DNA of 63,775 nucleotides, filler included, from Octopus bimaculoides (GCF_001194135.2; 7 parts of 6 records of this genome joined end to end with filler, not necessarily neighbours in it), one strand, 5' to 3'; shown: positions 37,670 to 52,407, numbered from the whole stretch's first letter. Numbers and translations are program-made. Notes: generated from the letters alone by a model not told the origin.

Positions 37670-39288
37670 GTTCCTGTCCATGACAGAATCACAGACTACA
37701 GCAGACACATGGTCATAAAAACACAAATTTCACAACTTGCAAAGTAAACACAGTGATGTCATTTGGCACACTTCCTTGTGAAGGTCACTACTACCTCTCA
37801 CTACGCATGCAACCAGGTGCTGCCATCTGTTGGTGTACTGCAGATTTAGTCTAGGAACTTTCTGATACGACCTCTCATACGCATAGATACATATATATAT
37901 GTGTGTACACACACACACATATATATATATGTATATTGTTATGCCACACACAAATTCCTGATACCACTAACAGACTGTGGCCATAGCTCAGAAGACCATG
38001 GAGGCAAGGTAACTTGCTTAGAGAGGAAGAAGCAATAGTCAGGACATGAAAATGATAAACAGAACCGTTGAGTATAACCAAAATAAAAGAACTTTAATTA
38101 AGAGGCGAATAGACATTTATGAAGCAAATAGGGAGTTCTTTGGAGAGTTCTTTCATTTACCTCTGAAAATGGGTAGACTTCTTTTGGTGAGCTCTTCTTT
38201 TACACACCATCCATGTTCTATCTTGTTTTTATATATATACATTTTTTTTGGCTAGACAGTTGTTACTTTTGGATTCATGGCACCATTTCACATTCTTTAC
38301 GGTGCCAAGTTCACACTATTTTAGCAGCCAGTTCAAAACTTTCATCAGTAAATTTATAATTTCACACCAGAATCGATTTCGATAGTAAATAATTTTTTTC
38401 TTGCAGTTTTTTTTTTTTCCATGTAATCATCTTAGTTGACCTCGTAATCTGTTGGAAATGCATTTTTTCCGCGGGAAACGGAGGGGGTGGGTGTGGGGGA
38501 GGAACCACGGAAATACCCCTTTCTGACCTCATCTCGTGTTTTCTTTTCATTTCAATCGTCTTAATTGACCTTATAATGTGTGGGAAATGCATTTTGTCCG
38601 AGGAAAATGGAGGGGTGGAATCGATCCTTTACTGGCGATCTGGGAGAGGTGTATATAATTTTGCTGCCTCAATTTTTTTTTTGTTTGTTTGTTTTCTATA
38701 GCAGAGATAAATGAATACCTAGCCAGGTACTGGTGTGGATAGATTGAACGAATACCAGGCCTTTTCACCCATTCCTTTAAATTTCGCCAAAAACGTTCGA
38801 TAGAATAAGTACTAGGCTTCCAAAAGAATAAGTCTTGGGGGCGATTTACTTGACTAAAGGCGGTGCTCCAGCATGGCCGCAGTCAAATAACTGAAACCAA
38901 TAAAAGAATATCAAAATAAATCCTCTTTTACATACCTCTTATTCGAATCACTCTGGATAAATCGCAGCAATAATCTTCTTAGGCTTTCTAATATTTTAGA
39001 ATTATATAAAGAAGAAATAATGGGGAGCAGGGAGTGGGGTTAAAAAAAAAACTCATAAATTTTCAGATTTTCCATTTTTTTAGAAGCATGTGTTTATGGT
39101 GGGAGGGGAAATATTGAAAAACATCAATACATATTCATGTGAGAAAAAAAGGAGGGTAGGCATATTGCGATGTGCTAGAAACAACAGCNNNNNNNNNNNN
39201 NNNNNNNNNNNNNNNNNNNNNNNNNNNNNNNNTTAATTAATTAANNNNNNNNNNNNNNNNNNNNNNNNNNNNNNNNNNNNNNNNNNNN

Positions 39289-39334
<46 letters not shown>

Positions 39335-39666
39335 AGCAGCAGCGCCAAGTATTGATGATTTATAAACGGATTTTATGTTAGAACATGTTTGTGAAATATT
39401 TTCTCTCCTTTTTTTCTTCTAAGTATTTATTTTTCCAGTTTATCATTTTTAAACTCCTATAATTCCTGAATTAATGCGGCCAATGAAATTGCGAATTCAT
39501 TCGTACGTCTATTGTTAACCAACTGATACTAGATAAACAGAAATATGTAAAGCACAATGATAAGAATGAACTTGCAGCTCCAATTTAATATCTTGTTACT
39601 ATACTCTAACATTTGTAGTGAGTATTTGTTTGCACTAACATATATTCGTCCCATTATGCATATACA

Positions 39667-39718
<52 letters not shown>

Positions 39719-42700
39719 GTTGTTGTTGTTGTTGTTGCTATTATTATTATTATTATTATTATTACCGTAATATCAGCGTAAGACAGTTTTTAAGCATAAG
39801 CAAACTTTAGGTTAGTTAAAATTAGTTTGCGACTCATTTCAACTGCAGAAAGACAAATTCGCTGCAGTTACCGTAGAGGAAATGTTATCTTATGGTAAAA
39901 GGTGTAAAAACACCTTATCCGCCCAGAGTCGCAACCTATCGGATTCCCGGACAACAATATTTCCAGCTTTTCAGCCGTTATCAATGGAAGAAAGGTCTGT
40001 GCAGAGTTTCCTCTCTCAGATATTTCCCATTGATAACGGCTAAAGAGCTGGAAAAAAACAATGTCTGGGAATTCAATTGCAGTGAATTTTCCTTTTAGTT
40101 GTGAAAAGATGAAAGGCTAAGTCGACCTTGGCGGAATTTGAACTCAGAACTTAAAGACAGACGAAATACCGTGAAGCATTTTCGCCTGGCGTGCTAACGT
40201 TTCTTATTTCTTTATTGCCCACAAGGGGCTAAACATAGAGGGGACAAACAAGGACAGACAAAGGGGCTAAGTCGATTACATCGACCCCAGTGCGTAACTG
40301 GTACTTAATTTATCGACCCTGAAAGAATGAAAGGCAAAGTCAACCTCAGCGGAATTTGAACTCAGAACGTAATGGCAGACGAAATAATGCTAAGCATTTC
40401 GCCCGGTGTGCTAACGATTCTGCCAGCTCGCCGCCTTAATTTGTTTGACTAAATTTGTCCACATGCTGTCCCGTCATTCCCAAAGTCCATTGACTGAACC
40501 AAGTAAAGAAATAAAAAAGAATCATGTTTTAAAATTAGCCGTGTTTCTTTCTAATTTTCAGGTTGTTAAAGCGTGATGTTTGCAAGAGTTTGGTTGCTTT
40601 GCCTTTAAAAGTGTGTTTTTATTTTTGTCTTAATAAAATAATTTTGCGTTCTGAACAGCAGTTGCATCACAACAGATCTGAAAAGGAAATTGATGATACA
40701 TGTAAAGAGATCTAGTGTCGTTTTAATAACTGATTAATGCTCTGCTTAGAAAAATAAAGATCCAAAGGATTATTTTTTTAGAAGGGCTGCGATCACGATC
40801 TTTGCTGGGGTGGGGGGAGGAGCGCTGCTTTAGTAGAGATAAAAGGTAAGAATGTAACCTTAGAATTCGTGCCAGCATGCATGCAGCATATATGACTCAG
40901 CTAATGGAACTCAAGGGGCATGTGGTTATGTTAAAGTTGATGGAGCGTTTGTGAGTAAAAGATCCACTTGAAAGTTAAAGGTTAAGTGATGCTGAAAGCA
41001 AAGTTTATTGAGATATTTGACAATCCACTACTTCAGTACCCAGCGATAGGAATTGAATTTCTTCCTCTGTGCCTGCATTCTCTTAGCTATTAATAAATTA
41101 TTGAATGCAATACTGGAAGGTGACATTGAAGCATAAGATTGATACCTTACGTAGCGATGCAAGTAAGAGGATCTAGATAACGTTTACTAATGCTCCATAT
41201 AAAAAAAAAAAAATGAAAAACGAACTCCACATGACCTCTTGTGATCTTTAAGATCAGGAATATCTTCCATAAATAATATATGAATAATGTATAATATGAA
41301 GAAAAATATTTTATAACTAAACGTTGAAAATAATATCCGCCAAAATATTGTAAACTACACGCGTGATAACAGAAGTAAAAAGTGTACTTGATGAAAAACA
41401 AACTAATGAGGACTGAATTCTGGAAACGAATATACGTAAGGACAAACTAACAGTTGGCTACTGAGAAGACTATACAGCAACAATAATTAATCATTAAAGT
41501 ATGTTTCTGAGCACCACAGCTAATATTTGTTCTGAATTCCTTTTTGTCAATTGGACAATTCAAGATCATTGTAATATTCAAAAGTATTTAGTGTATTTTT
41601 CAAGATATAAACTTTCAGTATTCGCTTGAATGCTGAAAAAAATATCACAGTGGCTTCTTATTCAATTCTGAATGAGCACTGCCATAGGTTCTTACAAAGT
41701 GTGAGACAATCCTTACTCAAAGCGCTGATAACTCATAACTACGGGCCTGTCACTTGTCTGCTAATAATTTATTGACAAGTAAAATAGGCAAGTAACTTCT
41801 AGAGCGAATGTCTGCAAGTTTAAGTTGTGTGTCTTTAGAATATTTGAAGGAGATATGCACCTGGTCCTATTCTTTACTACTTAATTAGGTGTCTAATTAA
41901 AAATAGCTAATTTCTGTATAGCGTATCTATAACTTTTTCGTTCGTGATAACTTATATTCAGCAAAGAGTAATTAGTCTGTGAGCTTTTGTATTTCTTTGA
42001 GTAGAGGGAAGTCATTTTGCTTTTATATGATATCATATTTTGTATAATGTCTTTTATTACGGGAAACGTACAAGAACCGAACAATAGAATGTAGGAGAGT
42101 AGCAAGTGGAAAAGGTGATTGAGAAACCTTTGGGAATGGTACAGCAGCTGACCACTCATATATCACAATGAAATCAAATTGTATAGACCTTCAATGGTTC
42201 TGCCAAGCCAGCTGGTAAGTGAGAATTCGAAATAGATATTCTGATATAGATGAAAACAATTAAAAGTTAAATTAGAAGTTATTTAAATGGCAAAAATCAT
42301 TATTATTCTTAATAGCACATTAGCAGTATCTGATAAATCATGTGACGTTGTAATTGTGGAGTGAAACCTAAAAATGCCCAGACATTAAAAGTTTGCAATG
42401 GTTGAAACTGTTCCCAAAACATCATAAACTCCACATTAAATCTGACATCGAACGATTGAACAGAAGCAAGGTTGGTCACAGGTTATTATTAAGTATGAGA
42501 GAACAGTTTAAAAGACAGTTATTAATGTTAATCACTAGATTTCCATTTCAACAGAGTCTGCTCTGCATCTTTGTTGGAACTGGAAAAGGTGGCAAAGAAA
42601 GTTAATCAATCGATCATATGTGTAATAGCAGCAGCAAACTTTTCCGTAGAAATTGGATTATATGTCGATCGGAATCGAAGGAAGACGCAACCAACGTAAA

Positions 42701-43960
42701 GATTTGTTGATGATAACGAAGAATTCTTGAAATAATGCTATCAAACCAACAAAAATCTGTTATTTTAATCCTTTACAAATCAAATAAAAATGATTTTGGC
42801 CTAGATAAAAATATCTTGTTTTTATCTAACATTAGAAAAAACAATATTTGTCGTTGATAAATAAAAAATGTTTCTTAGGTACTGCAAAAGCATTACCCAA
42901 GTGTTTCGAAATACGATGTCTGTCACTGGTGCACAGAAATCATACATGGATGGATAACAATACAGAAATACACCTGGTCAAGATACGCATTTCCAATCAG
43001 CTTCAAATTCATAGAAACCTGTAGTTTGTAATTTAAAGAATCCTGAAGAAATACAGAATACAGGGAGAGATCACTGTAAATCACACACTCTATTTTATTC
43101 AGGTGTCTCAAATTGTGTCTCTCTCGATGCTTTTCAAGCGCAGTTCAGCTTGCTCATGAGAGACTTGCTCCAACCTATACCACTTCAGGATATACACCTG
43201 TATACCACCGTTAAGCTGTCTGTCCACTCCAGGATCTGTGATATTTTCTAAGTAACTTATCATCCAAGTTTGATTAGGTAACACTACTTTTTCTCATCAC
43301 TGATGCGTTTTAGCCAATTCAATCAAAAGACCATTAATACGAATGAGTTTACCCCGCTTTTTCACTGCTGTTACGACTGTTACGTCTCTTGTTGTTGCTG
43401 CTTCCATTACTTATCACTGATGTGGTTGCAGTGGTTCAATTGTTGCTGCTGCTACAGTTTGTTGCACCCGGATTATTAGTGGTCTTAATGAATTCCGTTT
43501 TTCTGTTAATTGATTTGTGGGCGATGTCGGTAGATTTACTTCGGGTATCTGCCGTTCTGTTCGAAACGTCGTCTCTGGAGCTGCTGTTGATGATGATATG
43601 GTCGATGTGGTGGATGTTGTTGCTGTTACTGTTACTGGTCATTACTACGACTGAGGCGTTGTATGGGGTGCGGGGAGGTGTAGAGAGCAATCAACCGTTT
43701 CATCTTGAAAACTAATTTCTTTCATTTGCTCACCGTCCTTCAAAGTCAAAAGTGTTGGACTCAGAAAATTCTGAACTGATTTCAAAGAAAATTCTTTCTT
43801 TTAAAAATTTCGCTTCATGAATCGAGTGAAAAAAATGAATGACCAGTGCCTTGCAGTATTGGTGGGCGTAAAAATAGGGTAAAAGAAAAAACACACACAA
43901 CAAATGTAACACTCTGAAGGAGAAAATAAAAGGCAACCAGGCACAGTTTCAGCTACGGCA

Positions 43961-44086
43961 TAGAAGAAGAAGAAGAAGAAGAAGAAGAAGAAGAAGAAGA
44001 AGAAGAAGAAGAAGAAGAAGAAGAAGGAGAAGAAAGTGGAGGAGGAGGAGAAGAAGAAGAAGAAGAAGAAGAAGAAGAAGAAGAAG
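43961..44086. repeat. (GAA)n/(GGA)n polypurine tract
   Basis: Directly visible. Confidence 0.95.
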
Positions 44087-44500
44087 CGTGTAGTAGATTC
44101 CTTTCCAAAATTGCTGGTTCTTAATAGAAAAACTTTCATTGGGGAAAAATAAAAATCACTGATTTTATTTCATTTGTCAACTGTCTTTTTAGTATTCGTA
44201 ACAACGAATCTGAAACATAAATGAGAATTTTCTCATAATATTGGAATTGAATGAGGCGTAGAATTGTAACTTGGTCAGAAATTTACTCAGTCTGCTGTAT
44301 CAATGCATCGATCAATTATTCTTGTGGGATTTGTCGCAAAAGTGATCAAATACGCCAAAGAAAGAACATAAACGCTATGTAAGATCATTGAATCACTGAC
44401 AATACGTGTGAACGTGTTTAAATATATATATGTATGTATGTATATACATGTATGTGTATATATACATATGCATAGGTGCATATATACATATGTATGTTGG

Positions 44501-44540
<40 letters not shown>

Positions 44541-45569
44541 TANNNNNNNNNNNNNNNNNNNNNNNNNNNNNNNNNNNNNNNNNNNNNNNNNNNNNNNNNN
44601 NNNNNNNNNNNNNNNNNNNNNNNNNNNNNNNNNNNNNNNNNNNNNNNNNNNNNNNNTGTTTATACAAATACACACATATATATATATATATATATATACA
44701 TACATACATGTGTACGTGTCTGTTTATACAAATACATATATATATATACATACATGCATATATATATAAAAATTATATAGACTTTCTCCATATATTATAC
44801 CTAATCAATTTTTCAATTTATATTTCAATTGTTTTATATTCTATGCGTCCATCATTATATTTCTAACTAATTGTTGAATATCAATAAATATTTTATGCCA
44901 TAGACTTGTTCGTTCCATCTACAGTAAATTACTTAACTGAAAAGCAGCCAACGCAAAACTCGGAGTAGTATCACCGAGTAGTTTAAACTCTACAACCAAT
45001 ATTTACCTCCCTTACAGTAATTACTTTACTTTACATAAATGCATGTATGTGCATGTGTGTGCGTGTTCGTGTGTGTATGTGTGCATGTGTTAGTATGTGT
45101 GTGTATGTGTGCACGTGTTAGTATGTGTGTGCGTTCGGCCCAAATTTGACAGGTTGCATAAAATGTAAAGAAAATGCAATATCTCACTTAAAATATAAAA
45201 GTATTAAAAACTCCCACAAAAATATCAACTAAATCATGGCTGTGAGATTCTCTCTCGCGTGCGCGCTTCCATACTTTCAACGAAATTCACTCAAAAGTGA
45301 TTAATTGACCCGGAGCTATAATAGAGGACACTTGCAGGAGGTGCAGCGCAGTGGGATTGAACTTAAAGCCTCGTTGTTTCAAGGCAAAAGATTCTTGAGT
45401 GCACATCCATACCTGCGGCTATATGTAAATTTTTAATTAAGGTGAGGCACAGCAGCACAAGTTGCGACAACGCTCACCTCAGATCATTTTAGAACCATAA
45501 ATTTCCGTCACTAAATACTGTTAGGCAATTTTTGCAAGATGCGCCGATATACATCCGAGAATTAAACTC

Positions 45570-46570
45570 TTAGAACGGTGGTTCTTAACCATTCTTTACT
45601 TACAAATGTCTCTGGTTCCTGTTTTACTTCGATGAACCCCCATAGTTGTTCAATGCTTAAAAAGATTATATTCTAAAAATTATTTATTATTCAGATTTCT
45701 ATTAAAAAAATCTTGTTAGTATATTCTATGTATTCCAGAAGTATTCGCAATTTATTGCAGATAAATTTGAAGAATAAAATCTTACAGAGAACCCGAAAGA
45801 TAATTTGGACTCATGTTAAAAATCTATTGGCTTAGAACCTGCTTTAGTTGAAATCATCCGTGTTAGATATCGAACTAGATATTTTCATTTGGAAATCTAA
45901 CACGTAGTAAATAGGTAACGTTTGTAAATCTCGTTTTATTGAATAATCTCTATAAATACAAACGTTATCATGACAGACATTATCTGATTTGGAAGATTTG
46001 AGCTGCATCTAACACACGGCAAGAATTTGTCGCAAAGACACGCTTTTAATCAATTTAAAATTCCAAAGACGTGTTTCACAACAACTTTGTCACCTTTACG
46101 GAAACTAGATAAGAGGCGTGCGTAAATATATTTCTACTCATTAATACTTTAATATATTGTCACTTCTTATTTTGGTTTGGAACTACAGTTGTTTCTGATG
46201 TTTATTAGGAATTCTGCTGCCTTTGAGCAAGTATCTGCTATTTCCAAATCAGGTACCAGTATCAAAATTTCACTCGGCGATGATTACCATACTTAAAGAA
46301 ACGTCAACCTCAAAAATATTGATAAAGATGTCGGAAGCAATAACAAGGTTGATCTTAGGAAGAAGTTGCAGAGGTTGCCTGTAGCAAAGTGGTCACATTT
46401 TCTATGCAAGTGTAATACAAACACAACCCTTTTCCTTATCTGCATACATTAACATGTTTTCCTTACAACATTCGATCTCCGGATATCAAAATTTGATTCT
46501 GCAGCTTTAATCTCACACGTATGGAAGTCCTACAAAGTTTATAGGTTTGCTCCTCTTTCTCAGACTAAGN
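45570..46570. mobile_element. Probable decayed hAT/Charlie-type DNA transposon remnants
   Basis: A Charlie-like terminus (ggtggttcttaacc) is followed by degenerate sequence with no convincing ORF. Confidence 0.3.
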
Positions 46571-46959
46571 NNNNNNNNNNNNNNNNNNNNNNNNNNNNNN
46601 NNNNNNNNNNNNNNNNNNNNNNNNNNNNNNNNNNNNNNNNNNNNNNNNNNNNNNNNNNNNNNNNNNNNNNNNNNNNNNNNNNNNNNNNNNNNNNNNNNNN
46701 NNNNNNNNNNNNNNNNNNNNNNNNNNNNNNNNNNNNNNNNNNNNNNNNNNNNNNNNNNNNNNNNNNNNNNNNNNNNNNNNNNNNNNNNNNNNNNNNNNNN
46801 NNNNNNNNNNNNNNNNNNNNNNNNNNNNNNNNNNNNNNNNNNNNNNNNNNNNNNNNNNNNNNNNNNNNNNNNNNNNNNNNNATATATATATATATATATA
46901 TATTTGAAGAAAAGCAACAAAAATTCATTAGGTTATAGCAGTACGTACGTTTCGTACAC

Positions 46960-47082
46960 ACTTCATTTATTTATGTAGTGAGAAAAACCACATAACATGT
47001 GCAATGAAAATGTACTCCTCAGCTGCAGTACATTTTCATTGCACATGTTATGTGGTGTTCTCACTACATAAATAAATGAAGT
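46960..47082. repeat. Near-perfect 123-bp inverted repeat
   Basis: Arms of ~56 bp with 1 mismatch around a 10-nt loop (cctcagctgc). Confidence 0.9.
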
Positions 47083-48710
47083 TTGTAAATGTTTATTTAT
47101 CGAGTTCTAGAACTCATAATGCCGGTTACTTGGGTTCCAAAGCGTAAAGGCAACCAATATAACAACATTCCCGTTGATCGGAACGCTGATCCGTTGTAAG
47201 GTTGAAGACCCAAAACTTTTGAAGGATGGAATAAGTTGATTACATTAACCCCATTACTTCCCTAGTACTTGATTTTATAGACTCCAAAAACTTTACCTCG
47301 ACGGGATTTGTTAATCATTTGGTTTGCGTTGCTAGCCATTCTGCCCTCACACATCCTTTCATCGTAAATATCTCTCCGATTTTAAAGGCAGTGAAATGAC
47401 GGTTCAGCTTAACTGACGATACAGTAAGTGCCAAACATCTAAAGAAATAATGGCTGGTGTCGACTAAACACTGAGAAGTGATATCCCATGATGGCCGTAG
47501 TCCAATGAGTGAAGTAAGTAAAAGATAAACGTTGTATATAGATGGAATGGCGCTTCACATTCCATAAACACATTCTTTCTTTATAGCAATGCACTGAGTT
47601 TCGCAGAAGAAATCTAATAATAAACGAAGCGCGTCCAGAGTTTTCATCGTTATGCCAACTTTATTCTTTGATTTATTACTCACCCACAATAATGTAACGC
47701 GTTTCTTTCCTGTTGCATTTCTTAATCATAATTGTCAATCCAGATATTGATTCTATTTCTTTATCATGGATGGAATTTTAGAAGAGTACTTACCAGACAA
47801 TTGCTTTGATCTTGAGACTGTGTTATTGAAGCTAAAACAATTTACTACGTGGAAAACACGTTAGGTTTAAAAAAAGCCTGTTTCACCACAAACCAAAAGC
47901 AGTAGAACCGTGTCAGTGACCAGGTCACAGTTTGCACGACGAAAATTTTGACACCAATAGTAATGCTAAAATTAGAAGTCAATGGTGCTTGTTTAAGTTT
48001 TTGAACGGCTAATATGGGTTTCAAGTTGTAATTGGTGTAATTATAATAAATTAAGACTTCTTGTCTCACTACATTACGTATGTTAGCAACGCACTAAAAT
48101 TTTATAGAGTAGGATCCTAGGTAGTTTCCCCCTACACCTGTGTTTAAAAGGGTGAGTTATAGTGCGTTACCTGGTGTCGTATTTATGTACAGTACACGCT
48201 TCAACGAATTTGTGTAATCTCATAAATTATTTGCCTCAAGTTCACAAACGTATCCATTAGTATACGCTTTCTTTGGTGAAGAAGTATAATACGGGTTTTA
48301 ATTAAATTTACACTTAACGAATGTCAAGAACATTATATGATTAACGAAGATTTTGCGAACATGCCGTTGTGGTTTTTAAGTACTTGTAGTCAGGAATAAA
48401 CGAAAAATGTTAGCGAAACAATCCTGTCATAAATTCTATTCTCTTCAACGAACCGTGAGTGGAATTGTACATGAATGGTCATAGAAGAATTCTTCATTAG
48501 TAATTCCAAATACTGAGAGAACATACATAAATACACACACTCACACACACTCATACATACACGCACACATGTATACTCATGTTGTTAACTCTCAACCATG
48601 CTAATAAATGCATACAGTTTTATACGTAAATATAACATGTTTCGGTATAAAATATCTACGTATAAACATTGATATAAAAAATTCACATACATAACGATTA
48701 GAATATATAT

Positions 48711-48799
<89 letters not shown>

Positions 48800-49039
48800 A
48801 CAGGTAACCTGAAGAACAAAGTACACACTTACATACATGTACATATAATTTTTTCTACTCTAGGTACAAGGTCCAAAATTTTGAGTAAGGGAGCTAGTCG
48901 GTTAGATCGACCCCAGTACGCAACTGGCACTTAATTTAAGGACCCCGAAAGAATAAAGGGTAAAGTCGACCTCGGCAGAATACATGTAGATATAATGTTG
49001 ACGTATATGTATATATACATGCATACGTACATACACTTC

Positions 49040-49079
<40 letters not shown>

Positions 49080-49094
49080 CCTATCCCCTTATCC

Positions 49095-49204
<110 letters not shown>

Positions 49205-49248
49205 ATATATGTGTGTGTGTGTGTGTGTGTAATTTTATCTTCTCCCCC

Positions 49249-49297
<49 letters not shown>

Positions 49298-49594
49298 TTC
49301 TTATATGTGTGTGTATGTGTGTAATTTTATATATACATTCATGTGTGTGTATGTGGGTGTAATTTTCTAAAGAAACAGATGCACGTATTTTAACGGCGAT
49401 ATAAACACACGCAGCATGAAAACTGCAGAGACGAATTCATAGAGACAACAATCTCTAAAATATACATATAAAATCATATATGCATTTAGTTTATGCTACG
49501 AAAGACACCCCACCACTACATACTTATAGGTGTGTGTGTGTGTGTGTGTGTGTGAGTGAGTAAGTGTTTATATAATATAGACAACGTTAATAAC

Positions 49595-49643
<49 letters not shown>

Positions 49644-52291
49644 TTCATACTTATGTATATCATACATCTTAAAACACATCTCCATACACACAATCTCCTT
49701 GAAGGCACACACACAGCATACATACACAGAGATAAATATTAACAAAAGAAAAAAAAATGTATAAAATATTTACGCAAAATAAAATGTTTAATATAATTTT
49801 CAGTAAAGCATGACGAAAGAACAATTAACGTTAAATGGCGTGTGTCGGGGATGCCAAACAGTAAATAACAATCGCCTGCCTGTTTGGTTCCAACTATTTG
49901 CCATATCACTATGGAAACTTTAAAAGATTGATTAACTTTATAGGACTCAAAATGTCTGTTTGTAGTTCTGCTATACACCGTTATGTTAATATTCTCGCAT
50001 TATTGTCTATGTAGGTGGGAGAACCTTTATTTAACGTAGTCCATTTATACAAAGGCCCTTCACATTCAGTTTTGTTTTCTTATACTCTTATGATAGCTGT
50101 CAATCTAAATGGTTTTCTTTAACAGTTTAATTAAATGTACTTAATAATGCATAGGGAGCACACAGAACAACGAGACACCAATGATGTACCGATGAATATT
50201 TAATACGTTCTGACATATTCGAAAATAACTATTTGATCAAAGTTATTATTTGTCGTCGGTGAAAATCTCTTCACTTTCGACTCTGGGCATTTATATCACA
50301 GGTGATGGTATTTTTCGGTAACGGAAAACAACAGTGATCAGATATTCACTTTCGAATCTGCGGAAACATATTGCTTTCACACAAAAACACTATTTTCGGG
50401 GGTAATTCAATTACATCAACCCCCAGTAATCAATTGCTACTTATACAACCCCGAAAGGATGAAAGGTAAAGCTGACCTCAACGGAATTTGAACTTAGAAC
50501 GTCAAAGTGGACGAAATGTCTCTAATCCCGGCGTGCTAACGATTCTGTCACTTCACCGCCATCTTCACAAATATATATTGTTTGCCAATCCAGTCACTAG
50601 GTGTCGCTCGTGAGTCTGATGGTACAAAGAAGAAGGGATGTGTTATTTAAGGCGATATGTTTGTTACTTCTGGCAGATGCAACTATACTGTAGTGACTTA
50701 CTTGTTAGTGTGCAACTTTTAGATTACACCTTACACATATTCGTTCCGGAATTCATTTTAAAACCTTCATTGTGTCTATATTTTCCTATAGTTTTTTTTC
50801 TCTATTAAGTTCGGCTTATCTTAGATTAGCAAACAGAAAAGAAGCAGGAAACAATAGCATAAAGCTATCGGGAGAATGCTTTAGAATATTTTTGTTATAC
50901 CTAATTATGTGACAGACGCAGATTAAAAATAACACTAAAATAAAAGATAATAAAATAATAAGATATAAATGTAAGCTGAGAAAAATAATTATGAATATAT
51001 TCAGATTGGATGTGAACGACTTCGTGGTTGTACAATAAATTTGGGTCAATTATTTTTCAGAATTATGAATTGCTTCTCTGAAACCATTTACTCGACAAAT
51101 GAGAAAAGAAATTCAATAAATCTTCTTTCTTCGATGATTATTTTGTAGAGCTTCTTGTGAAGAAAGAGGAGTCAAAATTACTCCAAATATATAATGCTTT
51201 TATTTTCCTTTCCGAAATATTAACACTGGATGTTCTAAGTTCTTTCTTTCTTTTTTTTTTTCATTTTTTCTTGTTTACCTAACAGCAGCCATTGTTTGTT
51301 GAATTAGAAAACTATTTCTCAAAGAAGTGTGTTTATACAGTAAACGTTGAGAGATTCTGTTTGCAAACAATCATCATTATTATAAAATAAGTACGGAGAG
51401 TAGCTTTTAGACTTGTGAATACGTATATTTAAAGATTACGCAAGATTTTATAAAACACTCGTCCTCATGATTTCTTTTAACGCACACTAGAAAATAAATC
51501 ATTTAGTAAATGATAGTTTTACATCTTCACATTTCATTAGAATCTGTTTATTAGAAAAGCAATGACATGCTGTGCATGAAAGAGGGAATATTTCGTCTCG
51601 GATTTTTCTCTAAGTCTTTAATGCATTCGTCAACGACATAAACGTGTAGAAACACTTATTAATAAGCGTAAACTAGAGCTTTGAATGTCCTATTTGTTAT
51701 AAGTTATCGTTAATTCTGTGCAACATAGCAATTCTTTATTTAAAACATTTTAATGAAAATATACTAAAACATGTTTTAAGCATTTGATATGAAAAATGAT
51801 TGATATCATTCTATTGACAGAATTATTTCAATGTCAGGCACCATTTACCCTCTCTCTTTTTCTTGAATGCTTTTCATGCAAACCATCCAACACTGTTCCA
51901 CTCAGTTTCTTATACGAAACTCAGCATATTCTATCCAAAAGATTCCAGTATATTGTAATAATTATAACTAAGGTCTGTAACAAATCTTTGGTGGAAGACT
52001 TAACCCAGAACCCGGTGTAACAACCGATAGGTATTTGCCTGCTTCTACTGGAGTTTGCATAATGGTTTAAGCGTTCATACTTGGCGTTCATTGCTTTCCG
52101 TTAGTTTCAGAGATTCTCAAAAAGCGGGCAGGAATGCTGCTGTTATTACAGTGACTAAAACGATATAAAGATTATTTTGTATCATTTAACACATTCTCCA
52201 GCAAGTGAAGGTGGAAGTTGAAGTAAATCTATAATTACAAATAGAACGAACCTCATTCTCACTAGTGGTAGAGAACTCGTATTTAAGAATG

Positions 52292-52407
<116 letters not shown>

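Noticed and set aside
41893-42159. 88-aa minus ORF with a hydrophobic stretch (GPCR-like?)
   Set aside because: No family motif, no extension in flanking frames, and no good splice sites.
50265-50365. Two TTCACTTTCGA motifs (IRF/Blimp-1-like sites)
   Set aside because: They are short motifs with no independent evidence of regulatory function.
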